A stretch of DNA of 15,838 nt from Candidatus Bipolaricaulia bacterium (GTDB taxonomy: Bacteria > Bipolaricaulota > Bipolaricaulia > RBG-16-55-9). A model generated the notes under the pieces. The model was not told the DNA's origin. It worked only from the letters and a program-made list of their open reading frames with translations, and ran no database searches. The stretch covers positions 1-15,838 of the forward strand of contig JBDGQO010000027.1 in the NCBI GenBank assembly GCA_042219045.1. The letters are read 5' to 3'. Positions 1 to 9,246 of the stretch are shown here, in pieces; within the stretch, counting starts at the first letter, position 1, and each line of letters begins with the position of its first letter. The position numbers and the translations under genes were made by a program.

Positions 1-1014
1 TCGCTCCGCGTCCCACTCGGCATCGGCACGATGTTCTGGGGCGACACCCGGCTCGACGAGCGGATGGCCGGCCACATCATCCCGGACGATACGCTCGCGC
101 GCGTTCGCGACCGGGCGCATGAGGCGGGCGTTACGTTCTTCGACACCGCGGAAGGCTACGGGGTCGGCAGCTCGGAGGAGCGGCTCGCCCGGCTCGGCTT
201 CGTCCAGCCCGGCAACCTGATCGCCACCAAGTTCCTGCCCACGCTGGGGCGCTGGTCCCCGCGGGCCTTCGTGCGCGCCACCGACGCGTCCAATCGCCGG
301 CTCGGCCAAGACGAGTGCGCCCTGTCGTTCATCCACAGCCCGGTCCATCCCAGATCGCCGGCGGTCTGGGTGCGCGGGGCCGCCCAGGCCATGCGAGCGG
401 GCAAGCTGCGCGCGCTGGGCGTGTCCAACTTCGACGCCGAGCAAGTTCACACGGCATGGGCCGTGGCCCAGAAAGAGGGGATTCCGCTCGCGGCCAACCA
501 GCTAATGGTCAGTCTCCTTGTCTACGATTCCACGGAGCTCCAAGAGACAATGGCGGCTTGCCATGAGCTCGGGATCGCGGTGGTCGGCTACGGCGCCTTG
601 GGCCAGGGGCTGTTGACCGCCACGCTCACGCCAGAGCGCCTGGCAGCCAGCCGCATTGCGCGTCGCTTGGATCTGTCGGCCGAGGATCTGGATCCATTGC
701 GCGAGGCCATCCGTGCGGCGGCCGATCAGCACGACAAATCCATGGCCCAGGTATGCCTGCAGTGGGTCCGGAGCAAGGGCGTGATCCCGCTCGTCGGGAC
801 CCGCACCGTGGAGCAACTGGAGGACACGCTTGGCGCGCTCGAGTTCTCGCTGCTTCCGGACGAGATCGCCCGACTGGACGACGCGGCCTTCGGGGGATCG
901 ACGCTGGAGCGGCCGCTCGGGCAACGGGCGCGCTTTCTGGTGTTCCTCTCCGGCCTGATCCCGGGCGTCAAGCTGGCGCGCGCCGTGGGACGCCTAAGGT
1001 CGGGCTCGTCCTAG
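1..1014 (+). CDS. Aldo/keto reductase, probably 5'-truncated by the window edge; resembles the pyridoxal reductase-like AKR branch
   Basis: Frame is open from base 1 (SLRVPLGIGTMFWGD), so the ATG at 31 is probably internal. AKR motifs FFDTAEGYG (Asp/Tyr), IATKF (Lys), FIH (His), GVSNF, NQL..SLL, QVCLQW, VIPLVG. Confidence 0.85.
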   Translation, partial: SLRVPLGIGTMFWGDTRLDERMAGHIIPDDTLARVRDRAHEAGVTFFDTAEGYGVGSSEERLARLGFVQPGNLIATKFLPTLGRWSPRAFVRATDASNRRLGQDECALSFIHSPVHPRSPAVWVRGAAQAMRAGKLRALGVSNFDAEQVHTAWAVAQKEGIPLAANQLMVSLLVYDSTELQETMAACHELGIAVVGYGALGQGLLTATLTPERLAASRIARRLDLSAEDLDPLREAIRAAADQHDKSMAQVCLQWVRSKGVIPLVGTRTVEQLEDTLGALEFSLLPDEIARLDDAAFGGSTLERPLGQRARFLVFLSGLIPGVKLARAVGRLRSGSS

Positions 1015-1072
1015 CGCAGCCGACCTGTCGGGGACGTTCGCTCCTCAACCCGCGATCGCCCACAAACGGCCC

Positions 1073-1426
1073 TCAGAACGTCACCGTCGTGTCGTGTTGG
1101 CCAGCCTGCTTGGCCAGATCCGGCGTGTTGCCCAGTTCCGCAATGTCCAGCAGGTCGTCTTCGGTGATGCCGCGGGCCTCCGCGCACGGCTGGCAGACGA
1201 CGAGGCTGTTGATGTAGGGGCGGATCTCGTCCAGGACCGCTTGAGCCGTGGGCAAGCCCGGCGACTTCAGCTCGTTCAGGTCGATCTGCCGGGTGCCCAC
1301 GTAGGTCGCTTCCTGCATGAGGAAGAAATCGACGGTCTCCCCGTTCGCGACGGCGCCCTTGGCGGCGGTGAACGGCAGGACGGCCTTGGTGGTGTTGTCC
1401 GGGCCGACGGTGGCGACGATGTGCAT
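1073..1426 (-). CDS. DsrE/DsrF-like family protein (117 aa)
   Basis: Start reassigned to ATG at 1426 behind a strong RBS (GGGAGGAG). DsrE-like pattern: VDFFLMQEAT, VVCQPCAEARGI, C-terminal TTVTF. Confidence 0.75.
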   Translation of the reverse strand: MHIVATVGPDNTTKAVLPFTAAKGAVANGETVDFFLMQEATYVGTRQIDLNELKSPGLPTAQAVLDEIRPYINSLVVCQPCAEARGITEDDLLDIAELGNTPDLAKQAGQHDTTVTF

Positions 1427-1615
1427 GGTAACTCCTCCCTTGGCTGGGGATGGTTCCCCCAAGGGTAGCATCTGATCCTGCCGTGCGCCTGGAATAGCGA
1501 ATAGGAACGCAATTGCCATGCAAGCTCCAATGCCTCACACGAACATGCATGTGGCGGCGACGTCCAGGATTGAGAGTTTCCGGGAAGAGCGGGGCGTTTG
1601 GCGTGAGTCCCTTCG

Positions 1616-1813
1616 TTACGACGCTCGCCCAATCGCCCACGCGCTGGCGATCGCGACCAGGAGCCCGACGCCGACGCTGACCATCCCCATGTAGACCCAG
1701 AACACCTCGCCGGTCATGAACGAGCCGGGCAGCAGCCCGCTTCCCTGCAGGATCCAGATCACGCCCACGCCCTGCAGCAGGATCGCCAATACCAATCCAA
1801 GCCACTTCACCAT
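1616..1813 (-). CDS. Small two-TM membrane protein of unknown function (65 aa)
   Basis: GGAGG RBS upstream of ATG 1813. Two hydrophobic segments flank WILQGSGLLPGSFMTG. Lies 32 nt downstream of the cyclo-ligase stop on the same strand. Confidence 0.7.
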   Translation of the reverse strand: MVKWLGLVLAILLQGVGVIWILQGSGLLPGSFMTGEVFWVYMGMVSVGVGLLVAIASAWAIGRAS

Positions 1814-1845
1814 GGGATCGCCTCCGCCGTTCGAGGAATCATCGG

Positions 1846-2445
1846 CTAACCGTCGGGTTGGCCACAGATGAGGTGATCGTTCTCGGTCACGATCAAATCC
1901 ACGGGCACGTCGTCGTTCCTTGCGGGCACGTCGGCCACGACCTGGAAGGCATACGCCAGCGCCACCTTGAGGCCGCTCGTCGCGTGCGCGCCGAAGAAGG
2001 CGTCAAAGTAGCCAGCGCCTTGCCCGATGCGCACGCCGCGCTCGTCGAAGGCGAGCCCCGGCATGATCCAGAGGTCAATCGCCGTCGGGTCGACGAAACG
2101 GGGCTCGGCCGGTTCGGAAACGCCGTAAGTCCCCTCGATTAACTCGTCCGAGCTGACGATCTCGGCCACCCGCAGCGTGTGTGCCTCGCGATCGGTGACG
2201 GGCACGTAGGCCGCCCCGTGCACGTCCAACAGCATGTCCACCAGCGGCATCGTGTTGACCTCGGTGGCCAAGGGGAGATAACAAAAGACCTGGCTGGCCG
2301 TCTGGAAGCTCGGCAGCGACATGACGCGCTCCAGGATGCGCTGATCGTAGTCGGTCTTCTGGTCCGGATCCAGGGTCTCCAGTTCAGCTCTCATCTCGGC
2401 CCGGATCCGCGCCTTTTCGGTCCTCGCGTCGTTGTCGTCTGCCAT
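1846..2445 (-). CDS. ygfA: 5-formyltetrahydrofolate cyclo-ligase (199 aa)
   Basis: K..IR N-terminus, CYLPLATEVNT, IDLWIMPGLAFDERGVRIGQGAGYFD, DVPVDLIVTE. Start taken at ATG 2445 (MADDND), with GGAGG upstream. Confidence 0.9.
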   Translation of the reverse strand: MADDNDARTEKARIRAEMRAELETLDPDQKTDYDQRILERVMSLPSFQTASQVFCYLPLATEVNTMPLVDMLLDVHGAAYVPVTDREAHTLRVAEIVSSDELIEGTYGVSEPAEPRFVDPTAIDLWIMPGLAFDERGVRIGQGAGYFDAFFGAHATSGLKVALAYAFQVVADVPARNDDVPVDLIVTENDHLICGQPDG

Positions 2446-2458
2446 GGAGCGGGCACCC

Positions 2459-2617
2459 TCCGTCGCAATATCGCCTGCGAAGGGCCATCTTGGCACCTGC
2501 CGCCCGGCCCCATCAAGCCCCGTCCATCGAGATCGACATGGAGATGAAGACATTGTCGGAATTCTGGGTCCATCGCCTGGGCCTTGGCACAGGTGGGCCT
2601 TGCGGAATGGCTGACGG
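2459..2617 (-). ncRNA. Candidate 6S RNA-like long irregular hairpin
   Basis: Nested complementary segments span the whole intergenic gap: 2460-2464/2613-2617, 2477-2486/2596-2603 (bulged), 2494-2499/2590-2595, 2506-2510/2579-2583, and apical TCCAT 2523-2527/ATGGA 2538-2542. Position immediately upstream of ygfA is the known ssrS-ygfA arrangement. Not verified with a covariance model. Confidence 0.4.
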
Positions 2618-2618
2618 G

Positions 2619-3206
2619 TCACGGTTGGAGCCGCACGCGGCGCCAGCCCGCCTCGTCGCGCTCATAGCGGATCCGCTCGTGCAGCCACGGGTCCCCTTGG
2701 CGCCAGAACTCGACCCGCTCGGGAACGAGGCGAAACCCCACCCACTTGGGCGGCCGCGGCACGGGGTCGTCGGGGAACGCCTCGGCCTGCTCGGCGAAGC
2801 GGGCCCGCAGCTCCGCCTCGGACGCCAGGACCTCGCTCTGGCGCGAGGCGCGATCGCCCAGCTGGCTCGCCCGCGAGCGCCGGGCCCAGTAGGCGTCGGC
2901 CTCCTCATCCGGGATCCGCTCGATCGGCCCGCCGACGCGGATCTGTTCGCCGAGCGGGCGCCAGTGGAAACAGAGTTCGGCGCGGGCCCAGCGTCGTAGG
3001 TGCTCGCCCGTGGGGCTGTGGAGGTTGGTGAGAAACGCCAGGCCGCGCGCGTCAACGAGCCGGACGTTGACGACGCGGGCGGCGGGATCCCCCGCTTCGT
3101 CGACCGTGGCCAGCACCGCCGCCTTCGGCGTCGACACGTCCGCCTGGACGGCCCGATCGATGGCCGCCTGCAGCAGTTGGAGCGGGTCGTGGGCCGCGTC
3201 GCTCAT
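2619..3206 (-). CDS. pdxH: Pyridoxamine 5'-phosphate oxidase (PdxH)-family protein with a divergent active site
   Basis: LATVDEAGDPAARVV, F.TN, QIRVGG, SQLG..ASRQS, VPRPPKWVGFRLVPERVEFW, LHER, RLQP C-terminus. The family is clear but several conserved residues differ (see findings). Confidence 0.75.
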   Translation of the reverse strand: MSDAAHDPLQLLQAAIDRAVQADVSTPKAAVLATVDEAGDPAARVVNVRLVDARGLAFLTNLHSPTGEHLRRWARAELCFHWRPLGEQIRVGGPIERIPDEEADAYWARRSRASQLGDRASRQSEVLASEAELRARFAEQAEAFPDDPVPRPPKWVGFRLVPERVEFWRQGDPWLHERIRYERDEAGWRRVRLQP

Positions 3207-3246
3207 CGGATGGGGCCCGTTCGTGGCATCATGGTCGGCCCTAGGG

Positions 3247-3264
3247 TCGCGACTGGGGTCGCGA
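3247..3264. other. 7-bp perfect inverted repeat just downstream of hemY (possible terminator or stability hairpin)
   Basis: TCGCGAC-TGGG-GTCGCGA, 11 nt after the hemY stop. No U-tract on the minus strand. Confidence 0.35.
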
Positions 3265-3275
3265 AACGGGACCGC

Positions 3276-4736
3276 CTAGCTCGCGGCCGTCTCCGCCACC
3301 GGCGCCTCGACCTCGATCAGCCGCTCCGCGGCCTGATGGCCCTGCTTGACGCAGTCGGAGAGCCCGATGCCCCGATACCCGGATCCGGCGATCTCCAGGC
3401 CGGGGAAGGGCTCGAGCGCGGCGTCGATGCGGGCCAGCTTGTCGAGATGGCCCACCTCGTACTGGGGCATCGCCCCCTCCCAGCGATGGACGCGCGTCAG
3501 CACGGGCTCGCCCGAGGCGCCGACCAGGTCGCCCATCTCGCGCGCGGCCGCGTCCACCAGCTCGGCGTCGCTTGCGTTGAGGACGTTCTCTGCGGAGCCG
3601 GACCGTCCGAAGAAGCAGCGGAACAGCGCGTAGCCCTCGGGGGCTCGCCCCTCCCACTTGGACGAACTCCAGGTGCAGGCGGTGATCTCGCGCGGCTCGC
3701 TGCGCGGCACGAGGAAGCCGGTGGCGTCGAGCGGATGCTCGACGTTGTGGCGCGGATAGGCGAGCGTCGCGATCGCGGTGCTCGCGTAGGGGATCTCCGT
3801 CAAGCGATCCGACGCCTCCGGACTGACCGAGTCGAGCAGCTCGGCGGTGACGAACGCCGGCGTCGTGAACAGCACGCGATCGGCGTCGATCGTCGCCTCG
3901 TCCAGGTGGAGCCGATACGCGGCGTCGCCGATCCGCTCGAACGCCCGCACGGGCTGGCCTTGGAGGATCCGTGCGTCGGTGAGCTGGGCCGCCAACGCGT
4001 CGATCCAGCTGTGCAGCCCCGAGCGCAGCGAGGCGAAGACGGACCTGGGCTTGGAGGGGCTGTCCTTGCTCGAGGAGGCCGACTGGCGACGCTTGCGGGC
4101 CGCCACGGCCCCGCGCACCAGGCCGCCGTCCTTGCGCTCCAGCGAGGCGAACTGCGGGAACGTCGCGTTGAGGCTCAGTCGGTCCGCATTGGAGGCGTAC
4201 ACGCCCGCCAGCAGGGGCTCGGCGAGGCGTTCCATCGGCTCGCGCCCCAGCCGGCGCCCGACGAACGAGCCGAGCGACTCGTCGCTGTCGTCCTTTTTGG
4301 GGGAAATGAACGGCTCCAGCCCCATGCGCAGCTTGCCCCGGACGGAGAAGAGGTTGCTGCCGAGAAACGCCATCATGGATTGGGGCGTCGGGATGAAGCC
4401 CATCGCCCCGCGCGGCAGCACGTGGAGTCGGCCGTTGTAGAGGATGTAGGCCGTCTTGCCGGACGGCGGATGGATGAGCTCCTCGCCGAGGCCGAGCTCG
4501 CGGCAGAACTCCATGCCTTGGGGCTTCATCGTCGCCATGGAGTCGGGGCCGCCCTCGACGAGGAAGCCGCTGTCGGTCCGTTCGGTGACGATCTTGCCGC
4601 CGAGGCGCTCGGCCGCCTCGATGACGGTGATCTCCATCGGCTCGCCCCGCTCGCGGGCCAGGGCTTGCAGTCGGTACGCCGCCGACAGGCTCGTCATGCC
4701 GCCGCCGACGATCGCAATGCGTGTCGCGTCGCTCAT
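3276..4736 (-). CDS. hemY: HemY-type FAD-dependent coproporphyrinogen/protoporphyrinogen oxidase (486 aa)
   Basis: RIAIVGGGMTSLSAA, RLGGKI, VEGGPDS, EPLLAGVYA, TGFLVP, ACTWSSSKW, AMPQYEVGH, GIGLSDCVKQG. ATG 4736 overlaps the hemE stop (ATGA). Confidence 0.92.
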   Translation of the reverse strand: MSDATRIAIVGGGMTSLSAAYRLQALARERGEPMEITVIEAAERLGGKIVTERTDSGFLVEGGPDSMATMKPQGMEFCRELGLGEELIHPPSGKTAYILYNGRLHVLPRGAMGFIPTPQSMMAFLGSNLFSVRGKLRMGLEPFISPKKDDSDESLGSFVGRRLGREPMERLAEPLLAGVYASNADRLSLNATFPQFASLERKDGGLVRGAVAARKRRQSASSSKDSPSKPRSVFASLRSGLHSWIDALAAQLTDARILQGQPVRAFERIGDAAYRLHLDEATIDADRVLFTTPAFVTAELLDSVSPEASDRLTEIPYASTAIATLAYPRHNVEHPLDATGFLVPRSEPREITACTWSSSKWEGRAPEGYALFRCFFGRSGSAENVLNASDAELVDAAAREMGDLVGASGEPVLTRVHRWEGAMPQYEVGHLDKLARIDAALEPFPGLEIAGSGYRGIGLSDCVKQGHQAAERLIEVEAPVAETAAS

Positions 4737-5791
4737 GAGGAGACTCCTTCGGCTTGGAGGAACGAGGGACTCGCCTCGTGGATCAGGTCCACGAGGTCGC
4801 TCAGCTGCTCGGGATCCGTGTCCGGCACGATCCCGTGGCCGAGGTTGAAGATGTGGCCCGGACCCGGCCCGGCACGCCGGAGCACATCCAGCGCCCGCTC
4901 GCGCAGCAGCTCCCACGGCGCCAGCACGGTGATCGGGTCGAGGTTGCCCTGCACGGGCACGTCGTGGCCGAGCCGCTCGCGCGCGTGGTCGAGGTAGACG
5001 TGCCAGTCGACGCCCACCACGTCGCCGCCGGCATCGCGCATGCGCTCCAACAGGGCCGCGGAGCCGACGCCGAAGTGGATGACGGGCACGTTGAGGTCGA
5101 GCGAGTCGAACAGTTGCTCCATGTGGGGCTTGACGAACTCGTCGTAATCCGTCGGGCCGAGCGCGCCGACCCAGCTGTCGAACACCTGCACGGCCTGGGC
5201 GCCCGCGTCCACTTGGGCTTGGAGATAGCGCCCGACGGCGTCGGCCAGTCGGCCACAGAGGTCGTGCCAGGCCTCGGGCTCCTGATACATGAACGCCTTG
5301 ACCTTGGCGTAGTTCTTCGACGGGCCGCCCTCGACGATGTAGCTCGACAGCGTAAACGGCGCGCCGACGAAGCCGATCAGCGGCACGGTCAGCTCCTCGC
5401 GCAGCATGCGGATGGCGTCCAGGACGTAATCCAGGTCGGCCTCGGGCTGGTCCAGAGGCCGAACGCGGGCCACGTCGCCCGGGGCGCGCACGGGCCGGTC
5501 GACGACGGGGCCCACGCCCTTGCGCAGCTCCACGTCGATGCCCATGGGCCGCAGCGGAATGATGATATCGGAGAACAGAATCGCCGCGTCGACCGCCATC
5601 TGGCGAATGGGCAGCAGGGTCACCTCGGCCGTCAGCTCCGGCGTCGTCGCCAGCGTCATCATGTCGTAGCGCTCGCGCAGCTGGCGGTATTCCGCCTGGT
5701 AGCGGCCCGCCTGGCGCATGAACCAGACGGGGGTGCGATCGACGGGCTCGCCGCGGCAGGCGGTCAGGAAGCGATCGTTGGCTCCGCTCAT
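4733..5791 (-). CDS. hemE: Uroporphyrinogen decarboxylase (352 aa)
   Basis: [59 protein letters not shown] 5791 overlaps the hemL stop (ATGA). Confidence 0.95.
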   Translation of the reverse strand: MSGANDRFLTACRGEPVDRTPVWFMRQAGRYQAEYRQLRERYDMMTLATTPELTAEVTLLPIRQMAVDAAILFSDIIIPLRPMGIDVELRKGVGPVVDRPVRAPGDVARVRPLDQPEADLDYVLDAIRMLREELTVPLIGFVGAPFTLSSYIVEGGPSKNYAKVKAFMYQEPEAWHDLCGRLADAVGRYLQAQVDAGAQAVQVFDSWVGALGPTDYDEFVKPHMEQLFDSLDLNVPVIHFGVGSAALLERMRDAGGDVVGVDWHVYLDHARERLGHDVPVQGNLDPITVLAPWELLRERALDVLRRAGPGPGHIFNLGHGIVPDTDPEQLSDLVDLIHEASPSFLQAEGVSS

Positions 5792-7080
5792 CCCAGCTCC
5801 TTCAGGGCTTCGTAGGCCGCGTCGACGGTCGTCTGGATGTCCTCCTCGCTGTGGGCCAGCGACGGGAACCAGGCCTCGTAGGTCGAGGGGGCGATGTAGA
5901 CGCCACGGTTGAGCAGGCCCCAGAAGAACCGGGCGAACCGCTCGGTGTCGACGTTCTGGGCGTCCGCGTAGTTCCGCACGGGCCGCTCGCTGATGAACGG
6001 CGTCAGCATCGGGCCGACGCGCTGGACGACCAGGGGCACGCCCGCGTCCTGGGCGGCTTCGCTCAGCCCGTCCGCGAGCTGTTGGGAGCGCGCTTCGAGC
6101 TCCTCGTGGACCCACGGCTCGCTCAGCTTGCGCAGCGTGGCCAACCCCGCGGCCATGGCGAGCGGGTTCCCCGACAGCGTCCCGGCCTGATACACGGGCC
6201 CCGTCGGCGCGACGTGCTCCATGACGTCGAGGCGGCCGCCGTAGGCGCCCACGGGCAGGCCGCCGCCGATGACCTTGCCGAAGCACGTCAGATCGGGCGT
6301 GACGCCGACGCGCTCCTGCGCGCCGCCGTACGCCACGCGGAACCCGGTCATGACCTCGTCGAAGACGAGCAGCGCGCCGTGCGCCTGCGTGATCTCGCGC
6401 AGCTCTTCCAGAAACCCGGGATCCGGGGGCACGAGGCCCATGTTGCCCGCGACGGGCTCGATCACCACGGCGGCGATCTCGTCCGGGAACTGCTCAAACA
6501 ACGCCCGGACGGACCCGGCGTCGTTGAACGAGGCCGTCAGCGTGTCCGCGACCGCGGCTTGGGGCACCCCGGCGGTTGCGGGGAGCCCGTGCGTGGCGAC
6601 CCCCGAGCCGGCCTCGGCCAAGAGCGCGTCCACGTGGCCGTGATAGCACCCGGCAAATTTGACGATCTTGTCTCGATTGGTGAACCCTCGGGCCAATCGG
6701 ACCGCGCTCATCGCCGCCTCCGTGCCGGAGTTGACGAACCGGACCATCTCGACGGACGGAAGCGCCTCGATCACGGTCTGGGCGAGCTCGCTCTCCATCG
6801 CGGTCGGCGTCCCGAAGCTCGTCCCCTTGGCCGCGGCGTCCTGGACGGCCTGGACGACGTCCGGATGGGCGTGGCCCAAAATCATGGGGCCGAACGAGCC
6901 GACGTAGTCGAGGTACGCGTTGCCGTCGACGTCCCAGATCCGCGCGCCCTCGGCGGAATCGACGAACACGGGCGCGCCGCCCACGCCGGCGAACGCGCGC
7001 GCGGGGCTGTCGACGCCGCCGGGGATCAGGCTCTGCGCCTCGTCGTAGTGCGCCTCGGAGCGGGTGTAGACGCGGGTCAC
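5788..7080 (-). CDS. hemL: Glutamate-1-semialdehyde 2,1-aminomutase (430 aa)
   Basis: [51 protein letters not shown] (PLP lysine), [13 protein letters not shown] 7080 with GAGGTG RBS overlaps the radical SAM stop (GTGA). Confidence 0.95.
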   Translation of the reverse strand: MTRVYTRSEAHYDEAQSLIPGGVDSPARAFAGVGGAPVFVDSAEGARIWDVDGNAYLDYVGSFGPMILGHAHPDVVQAVQDAAAKGTSFGTPTAMESELAQTVIEALPSVEMVRFVNSGTEAAMSAVRLARGFTNRDKIVKFAGCYHGHVDALLAEAGSGVATHGLPATAGVPQAAVADTLTASFNDAGSVRALFEQFPDEIAAVVIEPVAGNMGLVPPDPGFLEELREITQAHGALLVFDEVMTGFRVAYGGAQERVGVTPDLTCFGKVIGGGLPVGAYGGRLDVMEHVAPTGPVYQAGTLSGNPLAMAAGLATLRKLSEPWVHEELEARSQQLADGLSEAAQDAGVPLVVQRVGPMLTPFISERPVRNYADAQNVDTERFARFFWGLLNRGVYIAPSTYEAWFPSLAHSEEDIQTTVDAAYEALKELG

Positions 7081-8246
7081 GTCACCACCTCGCCGCCGCG
7101 GGGCTGGTAGGGACAGAGCGGGTCGGCCGCGAGCGGGTCGCCCGTCGCGGCGAACGCCCGCGCGCGCGAGCCGCCGCAGATATAGCGATACTCGCACTCG
7201 CCGCAGTCGCCCCCGAACCGATCCGGGTCGCGCAGGTCGTTGAACAGCTGGCTGTCGCGATAGATCTCGACGGGGCTCGTCTGGCGCACGTTGCCGGCCG
7301 AATAGGGCAGGAAGCCGGTCGGATAGACGTCGCCCGTGTGGGAGACGAACATGATCCCGTTGCCGTCGCGTATGCCGAAGCCGTGGCCCACGGAGGTCCG
7401 CTTGATCTCCTCGGGGCTGAGCCCCTCCAGCCGCATGCGCTGATACGCCACGCGGCGGTAGCTCATCGCCTCGGTCGTCTTAATGGCAAATGGCGACTCC
7501 TGGGATTTGTCATAGACCCAGTGGAACAGCCGCTCCGCTTGGGCGTCCGTGATGGGCTTGAGGACCTTGCCGCGGCCGACCTGTACGAGGAAGAACAGGC
7601 TCCAGCGCGAGACGTCCAGCTCGCGCATCAGCTCGTGGATGTTGCCCAGATCGGGCAACGTGTCGGCAGTGACGAGCGTGTTCACCTGCAAGGGGAACCC
7701 CATCCCGCGGATCTCGCGCGCGGCCCAGACGGTCTGATCGAACGTGCCCTCGACGCCGCGGAAGTCGTCGTGCCACTCCGCGTCCGAGCCGTCGATGCTG
7801 AGCGAGAAGCCGTGGACGCCCAAATCCCGCAGCTTGCGCAGCTTTTCGCGCGTGAGTCGATTGGTGGCGCTCGGCGCAATCGAGAGCGGAAAGCCGCGGT
7901 CAAGCGCGGCCTCCACCAATTGGAATAGATCCTGGCGGTGCATGACGTCGCCGCCGGTCATCACCAGGTGCGGCGGCGGGTCGCCGAACGTTTTCAACTC
8001 GTCGAGCAGCGCCAGGCCCTCGTCGGTGCTGAGTTGGTACGGATGCGGCTCGCGCTGCGCTTCGGCGCGGCAGTGCTGACAGGCCAGGTCGCACGCGAGC
8101 GTCGTCTCCCAGTAGATGAGGATGGGGCGCTCGTCGAAGACGCGCGTCCCGTCCATGCCGGGATGGAACGCCGTCGTTGGCCGAGGGCCGGCTCTGTGGA
8201 TCTGTGCTTGCGACTCGGTCTCCGGAGTCATTTCTGAGGTGCGCAT
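7077..8246 (-). CDS. Radical SAM/SPASM protein, AhbD/NirJ-like (resembles the TIGR04053 family); candidate coproheme decarboxylase
   Basis: [19 protein letters not shown] (Cx3Cx2C), [68 protein letters not shown] before ATG 8246. Embedded in the hem operon. Confidence 0.8.
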   Translation of the reverse strand: MRTSEMTPETESQAQIHRAGPRPTTAFHPGMDGTRVFDERPILIYWETTLACDLACQHCRAEAQREPHPYQLSTDEGLALLDELKTFGDPPPHLVMTGGDVMHRQDLFQLVEAALDRGFPLSIAPSATNRLTREKLRKLRDLGVHGFSLSIDGSDAEWHDDFRGVEGTFDQTVWAAREIRGMGFPLQVNTLVTADTLPDLGNIHELMRELDVSRWSLFFLVQVGRGKVLKPITDAQAERLFHWVYDKSQESPFAIKTTEAMSYRRVAYQRMRLEGLSPEEIKRTSVGHGFGIRDGNGIMFVSHTGDVYPTGFLPYSAGNVRQTSPVEIYRDSQLFNDLRDPDRFGGDCGECEYRYICGGSRARAFAATGDPLAADPLCPYQPRGGEVVT

Positions 8247-8250
8247 CGTG

Positions 8251-9246
8251 TCAGCTCCTTTCGCGCAGCGCCCGGGCGGCGTCCTTGGCGAAGTACGTCA
8301 AGATCATGTCGGATCCGGCTCGTCGCATCGCGGTCAACGCCTCCAGCACGGCCGCCGTCTCGTCGATCCAGCCGCGCTCGGCGGTCGCCTTGATCATCGA
8401 ATACTCGCCGCTCACGTTGTAGGCAGCGACCGGCACATTGGAGACCTCGCTGGCTGCGTGGATGACGTCGAGATACGCCAGCGCCGGCTTGACCATGACC
8501 ATGTCGGCCCCTTCGTCGAGGTCCAGCTCGATCTCGCGCACGGCCTCGCGGACGTTGGGCGGGTCCATCTGATAGCCGCGCCGGTCGCCGGCCGCGGGCG
8601 CGGACTCCGCCGCGTCGCGGAACGGGCCGTAGAACGCCGAGGCGTACTTGGCGGCGTAGCTCATGATGGCCGCGTTGGCCAAGCCAGTGCCGTCAAGCGC
8701 CTCGCGGATCGCTTCGACTTGGTGGTCCATCATGGCGCTCGGCGCGAGGACGTCGGCGCCCGCGTCGGCATGCGAGACGGCCATGCGGGCCAATAGCTCC
8801 AGGGACGCGTCGTTGTCGATTTCTCCATCCTCGCGGAGCACCCCGCAATGGCCGTGCGGCGTGTAGCCGCAGACGCAGACGTCGGTCATGACGACGAGCT
8901 CGGGGGCTTTCGCCTTCAGCTCGCGGATGGCCCGCTGGACGATGCCGCCGTCGTCGTAGGCCGACGAGGCCTCGTCGTCCTTGCGATCGGGCAACCCGAA
9001 GAGCAGGATCGCCGGAATTCCCAGATCGAGCAGCTCGTCCGCGACGCCGGCCAACTCGTCGATCGACAGGCGCGACTGGCCCGGCATCGACGGGATCGGC
9101 TCGCCCTCGCCCTCCTGGACGAAGACGGGATAGATCAAGTCGGACGGCGACAGTTCGGTCTCGCGCGCCAGGCGGCGCAGGCCGGGCATGCGGCGCAGGC
9201 GCCGCGGCCGCGTCTCAAACGCGCGCCTGGTCCTGATCTCGTGCAC
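8251..9246 (-). CDS. hemB: Porphobilinogen synthase (ALA dehydratase), Zn-binding type
   Basis: [68 protein letters not shown] start behind a GGAGGTG RBS. 32-nt overlap with the hemD 3' end. Confidence 0.95.
   Translation of the reverse strand: MHEIRTRRAFETRPRRLRRMPGLRRLARETELSPSDLIYPVFVQEGEGEPIPSMPGQSRLSIDELAGVADELLDLGIPAILLFGLPDRKDDEASSAYDDGGIVQRAIRELKAKAPELVVMTDVCVCGYTPHGHCGVLREDGEIDNDASLELLARMAVSHADAGADVLAPSAMMDHQVEAIREALDGTGLANAAIMSYAAKYASAFYGPFRDAAESAPAAGDRRGYQMDPPNVREAVREIELDLDEGADMVMVKPALAYLDVIHAASEVSNVPVAAYNVSGEYSMIKATAERGWIDETAAVLEALTAMRRAGSDMILTYFAKDAARALRERS

Noticed and set aside
1500..1552. Possible sigma54 promoter and short palindromes (GCAATTGC, CATGCATG) upstream of the DsrE-like gene
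   Set aside because: GG-to-GC spacing is 11 nt rather than the required 10, and 8-bp palindromes alone are not significant.
2446..2622. N-terminal extension of the cyclo-ligase ORF to 2622
   Set aside because: It would overlap the pdxH stop (GTGA), so it cannot be fully excluded. However, the 59 extra residues look non-protein-like, family similarity starts at MADDND, and the region is better explained as structured RNA.
4733..7197. Extended starts given in the ORF track for hemY (4916), hemE (6286) and hemL (7197)
   Set aside because: The extensions overlap upstream genes out of frame. Family motifs and ATGA/GTGA overlaps place the starts at 4736, 5791 and 7080.
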